From a virus (lineage: Duplodnaviria; Caudoviricetes): 64,000 nucleotides of DNA. The DNA is taken from IMG/VR virus record IMGVR_UViG_3300030433_001358, positions 19,876 to 83,875 of that record; one strand, written 5' to 3'. Below the pieces are notes generated by a model, which saw only the letters and a list, made by a program, of their open reading frames with translations, had not been told where the DNA came from and made no database searches. Every line of letters starts with the position of its first letter. Positions within the stretch are counted from its first letter, which is position 1. Below, piece after piece: positions 19,443-28,851 of the stretch. The translations under genes were made by a program, and so were the position numbers.

Positions 19443-19661
19443 TTATTTGTACAGTGCTTGAACTAGCCTCCACATCGAGAACTGTTTAGTCTTTGCCGAC
19501 TCTTCACGATCATCAGAGATGGTGCTACCAAGGGCATCACGTGCGGATTTAAATGCTTTACCATCCACATTTAGGCAAATAAGTAACGCATCTACTTCTG
19601 CTTGACTCTCCAAAACAATTGTTACAGGTTTAAACTCTTTTTCCTCTTGTGTTACTTTCAT
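19443..19661 (-). CDS. Hypothetical protein
   Basis: 72 aa; coupled to upstream gene by overlap. Confidence 0.65.
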   Translation of the reverse strand: MKVTQEEKEFKPVTIVLESQAEVDALLICLNVDGKAFKSARDALGSTISDDREESAKTKQFSMWRLVQALYK

Positions 19662-20194
19662 TGTTCTTTCTCCTTAAACATTTGGAAGCGTTCTTCATAG
19701 AACTTGTCCTTAGCTCGACAAACAGCAGAACGTCGCTCTCCTGCTCCCCCAAACAATTCATCACCAACAAACATTCCTTTCATGTCAGGACTTGTTGTTG
19801 GGATAGGGGAGCCTTTACCATACACATCAAAGAACTTTGCCTCATTTTGAATAGCTTGGTAATGATTGCCAGCAATACCGTAACCTTTACCCCAACTCTC
19901 CAGAGCATACACAGTCTTACCTAGATTCCGAGCAAACTCAATTTCTTTCATGGTAGACTCTCCGATATAGGCATGTCTGTTTAACACAAGGATGGCATCA
20001 GAGTTCCGAATCTTATCAAGATGTACTTGGTCCAACACTTGTTTTTGTTCTTCGGTGTACCAATCCTTCCCACTTTGTTTATCACTAGGGTAAACGCTTA
20101 GACTGTACACCACATGTCCACACAATGAGAGTTGTTCATTCCAGAATTTAAAATAATCTTCAAATCGTGCACTACCGCATAGCGTAATTTTCAT
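19658..20194 (-). CDS. Nucleoside 2-deoxyribosyltransferase-like (NDT/DUF4406-type) protein
   Basis: 'ITLCGSARF...HLDKIRNSDAILVLN..AYIGESTMKEIEFA' Rossmann-like NDT signature with conserved Glu. Confidence 0.6.
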   Translation of the reverse strand: MKITLCGSARFEDYFKFWNEQLSLCGHVVYSLSVYPSDKQSGKDWYTEEQKQVLDQVHLDKIRNSDAILVLNRHAYIGESTMKEIEFARNLGKTVYALESWGKGYGIAGNHYQAIQNEAKFFDVYGKGSPIPTTSPDMKGMFVGDELFGGAGERRSAVCRAKDKFYEERFQMFKEKEQ

Positions 20195-20619
20195 TGCTGT
20201 TTCTCCTCTTGTTCTTGCAGCTCTTCTTCTAGACGAGATACCCGCTGCTTGAGATAATTGTTTTCTTCACTAAGTTTAGTGTTCTTTTCGTGTAACTTCT
20301 TCATCTGATCTTTGACACTAATCATTTGTTCCATTGGCAGAGCTTCATACTTCTCAAGAATAGCTGTGCTCTCCCCTGCATGAATGATTAGGTCGGGACG
20401 GGGTGGTTCATTATAAGGTTCTCCACCCTCAAACTTAACGCTACTCCCGACAGTGATGGTACAGTCCAGTTTGACACCCTTAGCACCATAATAGTCTTTT
20501 TGTACTGCCACTACGTTCGTTTCAAACATACGCAACATGTCTTGCACATATTCAACCTTCTCCACAGGAATGTTGATAATTAGGTCAGTTGCACCATTGG
20601 TTTTTACTTGCATCAGCAT
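20191..20619 (-). CDS. Hypothetical protein with C-terminal coiled coil
   Basis: 142 aa; RBS and overlap with neighbour. Confidence 0.65.
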   Translation of the reverse strand: MLMQVKTNGATDLIINIPVEKVEYVQDMLRMFETNVVAVQKDYYGAKGVKLDCTITVGSSVKFEGGEPYNEPPRPDLIIHAGESTAILEKYEALPMEQMISVKDQMKKLHEKNTKLSEENNYLKQRVSRLEEELQEQEEKQQ

Positions 20620-20648
20620 ATTTTAGTTCTCCTTCGTTTAATTAAACA

Positions 20649-20951
20649 TCAATTTTCAATAGCAAGGATAAGACGATCTCCCTTACCTGCTTCCATACAT
20701 CCTTCGTAAATATTACCACTCTCATCTCCAAACCATTTCAGATAGAATACAGATTGAGGGTATTCCTTGTCAAGCTCTTTTACAAGATCAAGAGCTTCTT
20801 GTAGAGATAAACCGTGAACAATTGTCTCCTTGTGTCCTCCGGCATTACTCTCTATCTTCATAATAAATTCAGCTACGTTCATACTGTCCTCCTCCACTCG
20901 TTTAAATCCAAAGATACCCATAAACGTATCTGCTGCTTGTAAGTTACTCAT
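20649..20951 (-). CDS. Hypothetical protein (possibly two coupled small ORFs)
   Basis: 'MSNLQAADTFMGIFGFKRV' then internal Met with RBS-like GGAGG. Confidence 0.55.
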   Translation of the reverse strand: MSNLQAADTFMGIFGFKRVEEDSMNVAEFIMKIESNAGGHKETIVHGLSLQEALDLVKELDKEYPQSVFYLKWFGDESGNIYEGCMEAGKGDRLILAIEN

Positions 20952-21210
20952 TCTTACCCCTTTCTATCAGCATGGTGTCGGCCATCTTGTACGCAAAATG
21001 GGCAATAACTCCATCCACGTCGCCGTCGCCGTTGGCGGCAATAGACTTCATTTCGAGAATCTGCCATTCGGGGCCAGATAGAATAGCCTGCATCACCTTG
21101 GCCGCAAAGTAATCACGCAGGGTCATACCATCTGTAATTACGTGACCCTCGTAACGCTCGCCCGGATTAAGCCGAATCGGAAACGCTGGACCACCTGTGT
21201 CTTTGCTCAT
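20944..21210 (-). CDS. Temperate-phage-type 'GGPAFP...GMTLRDYFAA' protein
   Basis: Recognisable motif; start refined to ATG 21210; locally GC-rich. Confidence 0.75.
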   Translation of the reverse strand: MSKDTGGPAFPIRLNPGERYEGHVITDGMTLRDYFAAKVMQAILSGPEWQILEMKSIAANGDGDVDGVIAHFAYKMADTMLIERGKNE

Positions 21211-21223
21211 AACACCATCCTCC

Positions 21224-21433
21224 TCAATACCCACAACTATCTTCTTCGTAGAAGTGATCTTCGGCAATTACTCCAGCTACGATTAGTGCAGGCCATGTTA
21301 GAGTAGCAATCCCAACATCAGCAACATCTACTTTGATGGGGTGTCCACAGTCTTTTGATACTTGAACAATACTACCACCAAAGATTGCACCACCAATAAT
21401 CAGATAGATAATAAATGCAATTATGTTTTTCAT
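21224..21433 (-). CDS. Small membrane protein
   Basis: Two hydrophobic segments, 'TLTWPALI'. Confidence 0.65.
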   Translation of the reverse strand: MKNIIAFIIYLIIGGAIFGGSIVQVSKDCGHPIKVDVADVGIATLTWPALIVAGVIAEDHFYEEDSCGY

Positions 21434-21491
21434 GTCACCTCCTTTTTAGTTTAATAACAATTGAATTTACGCCGATTATTACCGTAAACTC

Positions 21492-22199
21492 TCAATTCCA
21501 TAAACTCTTACGAATCTTAATCAGAGCAATCAGCATCTGACCCTCTTCCTGTTGATACTTCTCTTCAAGTTCCTTGAGCTTCTCCAACACTATAACATCT
21601 TCTTCTGATCTTTCAAGCATAAATGTTTTACTGTCGCACAGAGTACTCCAACCACTCTCCTCCATGAGATCACGATCTTTGTTAGCCTTCCACCACTCAT
21701 AGATACGTTGTTGCTCTTTAGCAGCTAACGCTTGTCGTGTAGGCTGTCCGTATTCTGGATGGTCTTCAGTATATCCCATACCCTCATCACATACAAGACC
21801 CATTTCCCAAAGAAGATGATCCAATCCTTTCTCTTTCTCAATGTACTTCTCTAACTCTCCAAACAGACAACGAGAGATACGATGATCGAGGTCATACCAC
21901 TGTCCTTTCTCCAGTCCCCCATCCAGAACGTGAGTGTTCCCCATTACATTACGAACGTATACACGAATGCTGTGTACAATGTCAATAGGGAACATTAGAA
22001 CATTCTGAAGATGGTCAGGAGCCTCTTCCAGCATCCAGTGAAGGATTGGGTAAGACTTCTTAAAATCTTCTTCATACTTATTCCACCCCTCCATAGAGGC
22101 ATACTTAGGCTTTTTGATTCCTAATAGTTTCTCACGAATAAACGATACAGGGCGTGAGCATGACCAATATGTGTAACGTTGTTTACGATAGAATTTCAT
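21492..22199 (-). CDS. Hypothetical protein (Trp-rich, 235 aa)
   Basis: Long ORF with RBS GAGGAGG. Confidence 0.75.
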   Translation of the reverse strand: MKFYRKQRYTYWSCSRPVSFIREKLLGIKKPKYASMEGWNKYEEDFKKSYPILHWMLEEAPDHLQNVLMFPIDIVHSIRVYVRNVMGNTHVLDGGLEKGQWYDLDHRISRCLFGELEKYIEKEKGLDHLLWEMGLVCDEGMGYTEDHPEYGQPTRQALAAKEQQRIYEWWKANKDRDLMEESGWSTLCDSKTFMLERSEEDVIVLEKLKELEEKYQQEEGQMLIALIKIRKSLWN

Positions 22200-22220
22200 T
22201 TAATGTTCCTCCTCTGCAAA

Positions 22221-22258
22221 TAAAAATACCCCCACCAACTTTTTAGGGTCAGTGAGGG
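22221..22258 (-). terminator. Intrinsic terminator after nrdA
   Basis: Minus strand ccctcactgac-loop-gttggtggggg followed by tatttttattt. Confidence 0.75.
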
Positions 22259-22260
22259 CT

Positions 22261-22289
22261 AGTGTAGTGTAGTTATTGTCGTGTGTCAA
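22261..22289 (-). promoter_or_regulatory. sigma70-type promoter overlapping the nrdA terminator
   Basis: Minus strand TTGACA-N17-TACACT. Confidence 0.6.
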
Positions 22290-22301
22290 GGAATTATTTA
22301 C

Positions 22302-23993
22302 TTACATACAAGCAGCACAGTCATCCTTACTTGCTTGAACACCAGCTTTTGAGTAGACGTAGTAAAGACCAAGAATCTTCTCACTTTCAATAGCATATTG
22401 ATGTACTTGAGAAATGTATTCTTCATCTTCCCCGGCAGCGAAAAACAGATTTAGGCTCTGCCACTGATCCAGATAGTCAGAACGTGCCTCTGCTTGCCGT
22501 AGGATTGCCATTTGGTCAATCTCAAAAGCTGTTCGGAATACCAATTTCTCTTCGTCTGTGAAGCAGTCTTCTTGCTGAATACTCCCCATGTTATCCCGAA
22601 TACGTTCAATCAGCGCTCGACTATAGATTCCTTTCTCTTTCATCAGTTTTAGTAAGAAAGGATTGACCCGATCTACCTCACCACCAGCACTCCGTTGTGT
22701 GAACACCATTGCGGTATCTGGGTTAATACCTTCACTAACACCGCCCATAATAAGGGCTGTTGACTTTGTTGGAGCCACTGCAAGAAGGTGACTATTAGCC
22801 CGCCCATAACCTTTACACCATTCTGGTTCTCCCCATTGCTCTGCAATCCATTTGGTTGCCTTCTCGGCCTCTTCACGAATATGTTTGAACAATTGACGGT
22901 TCAGCATGTGAGCTTCTAGGCCTTCAAAAGTCACCATCTTACTTTGGAACAACGAGTGTAGACCGCAGACGCCTAATCCAAGAGCGCGAGACTTCTTAGT
23001 GAAGGCAACAGCCTTTTCCAAACCAGCAATGTTTTTAGCACGCTCAATAAACTCTTGAGCTACACAATCAAGAAAGACAGTTGCAACAAAAACAGCATCC
23101 GTATTTTTCCACTCATCAAAATGCAGAGCATTCATGCTGGCCAGTACGCAAGTATATGTATAATCCTTGCTACTGTGTAAAGTGATTTCATCGCAAAGCT
23201 GAGCTGCCTTAATATCTAGGTTGTGGTCCTTATACCATTGTGGACGTTTACGGTTTGCTTTGTCTGGGAAGAAGAAATACCCCTTGCCAGTAACCATCTT
23301 AGTTTTTAGTAGTTTCTGATACTTACGCACTGCTTCTGGATCGCCCGAGCGCATAGCTTCTGTATCACTATCGTGCCAATTCCATCCAATATTATTTCCA
23401 TCTGGGTGTTGTTCTAGGTAACTACATACTTCATCAAAATCCCCATGAGACACTGGCAAATACCCGGCCCAACTACCACGTCTAGCAGTTCCTTGTACTA
23501 CATACTCCATATCGTTCTGTACACCTTCGATCACAGGAAGGACGCCTGTAGATTTACCACCAGCACTGATCGCAGAACCACGAGGACGAATATCACCAAG
23601 ATAGCCAGCAGTACCAAAACCATACTTAGTTAGGATTGCAGTCTCATGCTTGGCTTTGTAGATACCGTCAATACTGTCTGGGAAATAACTTCCTGCACAA
23701 GAAACTGGTAGCCCTCTTGTAGTACCGCAATTAGCTAAAATGGGAGTGGATGGACTAAGCCATCCTTTCCACATAATATCAAAAAACTTTTCTTTCCACA
23801 GAGCCGGGTCTGGGGTATGTGCTGACAATGTAGCAGCAATACGTTGGTACTGCTCTCGCGGATTTACTGCTTGGTACAGATATTTTTCTTTAAACAACTG
23901 CCACCCGCCTGTACTCCACCACTCAGGCATATTCCCTTCAGCCTGTAACTTCTTACGCTCTTCGCTTAGTTTGTCGTACACACCGCTTGTCAT
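22302..23993 (-). CDS. nrdA: Ribonucleotide reductase class Ia alpha subunit (no ATP cone)
   Basis: 'LSPSTPIL', 'QLCDEI', 'LAVAPTKST', 'GLYYVYS', C-terminal CxxC. Confidence 0.95.
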   Translation of the reverse strand: MTSGVYDKLSEERKKLQAEGNMPEWWSTGGWQLFKEKYLYQAVNPREQYQRIAATLSAHTPDPALWKEKFFDIMWKGWLSPSTPILANCGTTRGLPVSCAGSYFPDSIDGIYKAKHETAILTKYGFGTAGYLGDIRPRGSAISAGGKSTGVLPVIEGVQNDMEYVVQGTARRGSWAGYLPVSHGDFDEVCSYLEQHPDGNNIGWNWHDSDTEAMRSGDPEAVRKYQKLLKTKMVTGKGYFFFPDKANRKRPQWYKDHNLDIKAAQLCDEITLHSSKDYTYTCVLASMNALHFDEWKNTDAVFVATVFLDCVAQEFIERAKNIAGLEKAVAFTKKSRALGLGVCGLHSLFQSKMVTFEGLEAHMLNRQLFKHIREEAEKATKWIAEQWGEPEWCKGYGRANSHLLAVAPTKSTALIMGGVSEGINPDTAMVFTQRSAGGEVDRVNPFLLKLMKEKGIYSRALIERIRDNMGSIQQEDCFTDEEKLVFRTAFEIDQMAILRQAEARSDYLDQWQSLNLFFAAGEDEEYISQVHQYAIESEKILGLYYVYSKAGVQASKDDCAACM

Positions 23994-24997
23994 TGACCCT
24001 CCTTATTTACCCATTTAAAACTGTTTGAATCCCAGTTGCGTTGATATTGGTTTCCCTGACTACTAAAGAAGTCTTGCATTTGGTAGCCATTTATTCCACG
24101 GTAGAACCAATCTGCGATAGGATTGTAATCAACTTCCCATTTATTCTTATAACCAAGCTCTCTCAAGCACTTATTGATACGGCTCTTCGCAAAGTGCTCA
24201 AGCTGAACTTCGGTGATACCTTCAATCTTACCCTTGCTGAAAATCTTCTTGATAATGATACGCTCATGTTCTAGGACGGTTTCAGCAGCCTCATAAATAT
24301 CTTTCTCCAACTCTTGCAAGTATACATCGTCAACCAGTCCGGCTCCAATCTTTTCCTGCTTCAGTGTTCGGAATAACCAAGCAGCGGCTTCAGAGTGGAG
24401 AGCCTCATCACGGGCTGAAAAATTAATTCCACTTACAACATTAAGAAGTTTATTTTTCCCTTGACTCTGAAAATGTTTCAGGAACGCAAAGCTAGTATAA
24501 AGAACAGCACCTTCACCAAACGTAAATCCACCCAAAGCACGAAGGTCATCTTCCTGATGCAAGACAGTCTCAAGATACTCAATTCGCTGGTTAAGCTCCT
24601 CATCTGTTTTATAAGAGTCATAAAACTCATCTGTAGCAATACCTAACTCTTCATTTAGCGTCTTGTAGAAAAAGAGGTGAACACCAAGCTCAGTTGCACC
24701 AAAGAATGCAGCCATTGGTTGAATATCCCCAGCACGAGGAAACTTCTTCATTACAAAATTAAGCCAAAACTCATCTCCAATAATAGCTTCATATTTAGCA
24801 AACAAACGTAATGTTTCGATTACACCATGACTTTCAGCTTCTGTCATATTGACAAGAATATCTTGTTTATCCTTAGCAACCTTCACTTCGAAATGAGGCC
24901 AGAAGATAGATTGTTGTTTATTCATAAACTCCACTGCTTCAGGATAATCTACAGTAAACGTATCCTTTGGGGTTTCAATACGTGTTTTCAAAATCAC
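23990..24997 (-). CDS. nrdB: Ribonucleotide reductase beta subunit
   Basis: 'FW...E', 'ELGVH..FY', 'EGAVLYTSF', 'RDEALH' di-iron ligands. Confidence 0.95.
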   Translation of the reverse strand: MILKTRIETPKDTFTVDYPEAVEFMNKQQSIFWPHFEVKVAKDKQDILVNMTEAESHGVIETLRLFAKYEAIIGDEFWLNFVMKKFPRAGDIQPMAAFFGATELGVHLFFYKTLNEELGIATDEFYDSYKTDEELNQRIEYLETVLHQEDDLRALGGFTFGEGAVLYTSFAFLKHFQSQGKNKLLNVVSGINFSARDEALHSEAAAWLFRTLKQEKIGAGLVDDVYLQELEKDIYEAAETVLEHERIIIKKIFSKGKIEGITEVQLEHFAKSRINKCLRELGYKNKWEVDYNPIADWFYRGINGYQMQDFFSSQGNQYQRNWDSNSFKWVNKEGQ

Positions 24998-25368
24998 TCC
25001 TTACTATAATTTTTACTATCATACTTATCAAATGCTTTATCAGCACTACCTTCACGTCCCATATTAGCTAGATCAGCTCGTAGTTCAGGATCACGAATCA
25101 ACTCTCTCTTCACTTCCCAGCTAGCCAACCCAGAAGCAATATAGGCTTCATCCCGTCTTTCGTTTCCAATCGCTATAGGTCCGTTGAATGTAAGAGGTTT
25201 ATCTGGATATGGACGATGTTCTACACTCTCCACATCATAAGGGAGGGATGTATCAATCCCAGCTTCATACAGAATACTTTCAAATGTTTCTCTATCATTC
25301 TCTTTCACAGCCTTAGCAAAAGGAGGGTACTGCATTAGAATGTGAAAACTAATTTCTTTTTGTGCCAT
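24994..25368 (-). CDS. Hypothetical protein between thyX and nrdB
   Basis: 124 aa; coupled to nrdB. Confidence 0.7.
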   Translation of the reverse strand: MAQKEISFHILMQYPPFAKAVKENDRETFESILYEAGIDTSLPYDVESVEHRPYPDKPLTFNGPIAIGNERRDEAYIASGLASWEVKRELIRDPELRADLANMGREGSADKAFDKYDSKNYSKE

Positions 25369-25373
25369 ATTTA

Positions 25374-25952
25374 TTAACCTGCCTTATAGTTATTAGGGAT
25401 TAGTTGACGCTGTTCACCATGATTACAAGTATAGCCAGCTCCTTGTAAGTTTAGCAAATCAATTTGCTGCTGTCTATACTCTGCTGCTAAAAATATTGCA
25501 AGCTCCTCCCCATATTTCAGAAAAGAAAACGCCTTTGACTTGTGCTTCCCCGATAAATCTCGCCACTGAGCTACAGCATAAGTATAGTTCTCCGTTTTTT
25601 GGTCAATTGAAACACCGTTATATCCTGTCTTATTGAATTTGTTTCTCTTCATATTACGAGAGTTCACTTTCCTACTAACCGCTCGGAGATTGTCAATATG
25701 ATTATTAAAAGGGTTTCCGTCGATATGATCTATGACACACCCTTCAGGAATCCAACCATTTACTACCTCATATATTATTCTATGCACTTTATAAAACTTA
25801 CCTTCCAACCATATACGATAAGATTGATTTTGTTGGATAACTCCTGCGACGTCATTGACATAATGTTTACTAACGCCTCTGCCGCCCTCTACTCTCCAAC
25901 GCAACCCAGTAGGGGAAGTTGGGTCTATGTATACATATTTTTCAAAATTCAT
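25374..25952 (-). mobile_element. HNH homing endonuclease with AP2-like domain
   Basis: 'VHRIIYE...IDHIDGNPFNNHIDNLRAV...N..GYNGVS...AQWRD...KAFSF.KYG..A...A..YR'. Confidence 0.85.
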
Positions 25953-25953
25953 A

Positions 25954-26889
25954 TTAACCCGACCTATAGTTATTAGGGATCAACTTTCGATGCTGAATCC
26001 ACCCTTGTAGATTACCACTCCAGAACTTCCCATTACGATCAACATGTGTGATACCTTTTTCCCAAGATTTAGGGAAAGCTGGTTCATTTATAATACTAAC
26101 ACCCCATTCGTTCTCTGATTCTTTCATAGGAGTAGCTTGGTGTTCCAACGGGCTTGCGTGGACTGGATCATCTGGTTGCTCTCCCTTCAAGTTTAGATTA
26201 GCACTGACTCGCTTAGCTTTCTCAATAGTATCATCTAGTGTGCGATAGGACGCCTGAGCGCAACAGCTCTCACTAATAGCTAACGCATCCTCTAGCCGCC
26301 CGTCTTGATTTTCGCTTCGCCAGTACCCTTCATTAAAGTATGGAACGTGCCACATCCCCGGTTTCAATGTAACTGGACTGCTATTCTCCTTAGCTTTCTT
26401 AATAGCCTTGGCTAGTGCCTCAATAGTAGGGTCTGCTGCCGGATGGTCACGAAGCCAAATAAAGTTATTAAGCTCTGTAGCTGTCATTACTACTTTCATC
26501 ATTTGGAACGACTCAACCAGCCGATTACAGACTTGTTTAGCATATCCTGCTTTATCGTACTCATCTGCAAAGTTCGCTGCACTGAGGGCCGCTAGACGCC
26601 ACCACTCTTGGGGAGTATACATACCCTTAATTAGTTCATTATGTTCTCCTGCATCCTGCATTCCTTTATTCTTCTTACCAAAGCGTACAGGCATTGCAGG
26701 GTCACTACGAACACTACTGATCATTGTCTGTACAGGGATTGCACGAGACGAACTTGAGTTTTTAGAGAGCATGTTATGTGTGTTGAACTCAGCCAGAACA
26801 ATCCGAGGGAACTCTAGCTCAAACGTAATAATCTCTTTACCGTTTACACTACTTTTACTGTGTGCAATTACTTTTGCCTTAATCTCCAC
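25954..26889 (-). CDS. thyX: Flavin-dependent thymidylate synthase (phage type)
   Basis: 'EFNTHNMLSKNSSSSRAIP', 'AKQVCNRL', 'LRDH..A.P.I', 'HASPLEHQA'; probable GTG start 26889. Confidence 0.85.
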   Translation of the reverse strand: MEIKAKVIAHSKSSVNGKEIITFELEFPRIVLAEFNTHNMLSKNSSSSRAIPVQTMISSVRSDPAMPVRFGKKNKGMQDAGEHNELIKGMYTPQEWWRLAALSAANFADEYDKAGYAKQVCNRLVESFQMMKVVMTATELNNFIWLRDHPAADPTIEALAKAIKKAKENSSPVTLKPGMWHVPYFNEGYWRSENQDGRLEDALAISESCCAQASYRTLDDTIEKAKRVSANLNLKGEQPDDPVHASPLEHQATPMKESENEWGVSIINEPAFPKSWEKGITHVDRNGKFWSGNLQGWIQHRKLIPNNYRSG

Positions 26890-27127
26890 TAACAACCTCC
26901 TTTTCAATCATACCTTGTTGCACACCTACCAGAATACGAGAGACTTCCCTTTCTCGCTCAATAACTGTAGTAGGCAGAGAACGTACAGTATACTTAGTAG
27001 CTTCCTCACCCCCTTCCTCTGTGTCGATGTCGTAGTATGTATACTCAACACCCCTCACGTCAAGGTAATCTTTTAACTGCTTACACCCACTACACCAACC
27101 CGCCCCGAATACTTTAATTGTCTTCAT
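26879..27127 (-). CDS. Glutaredoxin/thioredoxin-like protein
   Basis: 'FGAGWCSGCKQL...VRSLPT' CxxC and cis-Pro motif; start refined. Confidence 0.85.
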   Translation of the reverse strand: MKTIKVFGAGWCSGCKQLKDYLDVRGVEYTYYDIDTEEGGEEATKYTVRSLPTTVIEREREVSRILVGVQQGMIEKEVVSGD

Positions 27128-27332
27128 TGATAATCTCCACTTTACTCCTGCCCAATTCTTTAATCTGTGCCACGTTGCACAAAGGCCACCACACACTTTC
27201 TGACCCCTCTGCCACGAGTCTCAATAAACCTCCCTCGGTCAAGACGTTTTGAACACCATCCACATATATTGGAGTGGGGGAATCCTTAAAATGAACCACC
27301 AAATTATACACACGTATCTTACTCACCTTCAT
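27114..27332 (-). CDS. Hypothetical protein
   Basis: 72 aa; overlaps both neighbours. Confidence 0.6.
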   Translation of the reverse strand: MKVSKIRVYNLVVHFKDSPTPIYVDGVQNVLTEGGLLRLVAEGSESVWWPLCNVAQIKELGRSKVEIINEDN

Positions 27333-28203
27333 TCTCCTCTAATATTCGTTTAGCCTCATCCCACGAAAACGGCAACGATGGATACCATTCATAAGCCATA
27401 CCTGTCGATATTAAATCTTGGTAGGTCTTGCAGTCAATCACAAAATCTTGCCACCTACTGGTTGAAAGTTCTAGTAGTCTTGCATAGACATTCTCATCCA
27501 ACTCTTCCTTATACTCATTAGCTAACAACCAAAGGTTATATTTCTTGTAGTTTTTATAAGCCATCTCTGCCTGTTTTTGAGTTGGAAAAGTCCCCAACTT
27601 TCTCCCATTCGCAGCCGCCCTATAATTACCAGACTCCATCTTAGTGACACCCTTCGCCAAATTTTTATCTCTTTTCTGGGCAGTTCTTCCTTTTAAGAAG
27701 AATTTGTTTATAACTTGGGGCAAAAAGCAGCACACATCAGGGCCGTACACCCTATTACCCTCTACCAGAAAATCCTTATCCAGTTCAAAGTGCCTGTTAG
27801 AAAAACCTTTCTGTGTTCCACACCATGCAGCAAAGTTTTGAAAATTATGCCAATCTTCACAGACTATCACATCTTCATAGTTCTCATAGTGAGGGTGTCC
27901 TTGATAGTAACACCTTTCCAACATCTTACTCCATATTAAATGCTCTCTTTTATTTTTATCTGTAGAGTAGTCACCGTATCCCAGATATCCAACACCTTGC
28001 TTAGTTATACTGTAAGGGTTTTTCACATTCCCGCTTCTGATAGCTGATTTATGCACCTCTCTCACATGCTTGTGTTTGTCTGTAAATTCAATTAAGCACT
28101 TTTTGTGATTCAAATCCTCAACCACAACAAACTCTTCCCCTTTCGTATTCTTGCACAAAAGGCCCTTTTTAATGTCTTTAATATCTACAAAAACATCACT
28201 CAC
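27319..28203 (-). mobile_element. Homing endonuclease ('LDKD' HNH-like family) fused at its C-terminus to a small-gene homologue
   Basis: 'WSKMLERCY...VCEDWHNFQNFAAW...ELDKDFLVEGNRVYGPDVCCFLP..IN'; probable GTG start 28203. Confidence 0.8.
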
Positions 28204-28226
28204 TATATACCCCTTTCTTATTCTCT

Positions 28227-28343
28227 CTAGACAAAATCCCAATACATCCCTGAAGCCATCCACTTATCGTAGTCTTCCTTACTTTGGATACACTTCCTCC
28301 AGTCTGGGTGTTTCCTTCGTTTAGGGATAATTGCTTCAATCAT
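28227..28343 (-). pseudogene. Truncated small gene (38 aa) interrupted by endonuclease insertion
   Basis: Unlisted ORF MIEAIIPKRRKHPDWRKCIQSKEDYDKWMASGMYWDFV*; homologous to the C-terminal tail of the downstream endonuclease. Confidence 0.65.
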
Positions 28344-28344
28344 A

Positions 28345-28842
28345 TTACATCTCCGGTTGTTTAGGACAATATTGTTCAAGCTCTACAGCTTTAAACCCCA
28401 CCTTCTTCATAATCTTCCCATCTAGTCTACGCACTGTAAAATATGGAACTCCTATAACGTAAGCTGTTTCAATATAGTATTCTACATCGTCACGTTCTTC
28501 AAGTAGTTCTTTTTCTTCCACAGCTTGATAATAGCTATTTAAAATCTTTTCATCATTGTTATCACAGATAGTCTCAAATGCTCCCATTACATCATACCCT
28601 GCTTGGTGGAGCATATCAGCTAGTTTGAAGGCGATAACTAGGTTGTCAATGCACCCATCAAGTAGTTCTACGCTATTTCCATAGCGTGCAGCATCATAGC
28701 ACTCTTCTGATTCTTCTACAAGAAGTTTAGACTGAAGTTCAACGGCTTTCCACCACTCGAAAGAAAAAGGAACTTCATCCTTAACACCAGCCTTCAGATT
28801 GAAGTTGATAACACGATCATACATCTCAACAAAACCTTTCAC
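28345..28842 (-). CDS. MazG-like/all-alpha NTP pyrophosphohydrolase
   Basis: 'LLVEESEECYDA...ELLDGCID...V...NNDEK' ExxE...ExxD motif. Confidence 0.8.
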   Translation of the reverse strand: MKGFVEMYDRVINFNLKAGVKDEVPFSFEWWKAVELQSKLLVEESEECYDAARYGNSVELLDGCIDNLVIAFKLADMLHQAGYDVMGAFETICDNNDEKILNSYYQAVEEKELLEERDDVEYYIETAYVIGVPYFTVRRLDGKIMKKVGFKAVELEQYCPKQPEM

Positions 28843-28851
28843 ACATTCTCC

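Noticed and set aside
22302-24997. Split or intron/intein-containing nrdA/nrdB, or unusual QLCDE active site
   Set aside because: Both ORFs are continuous and of normal length for ATP-cone-less phage enzymes. The N-to-Q variant alone is not evidence of novelty without an alignment.
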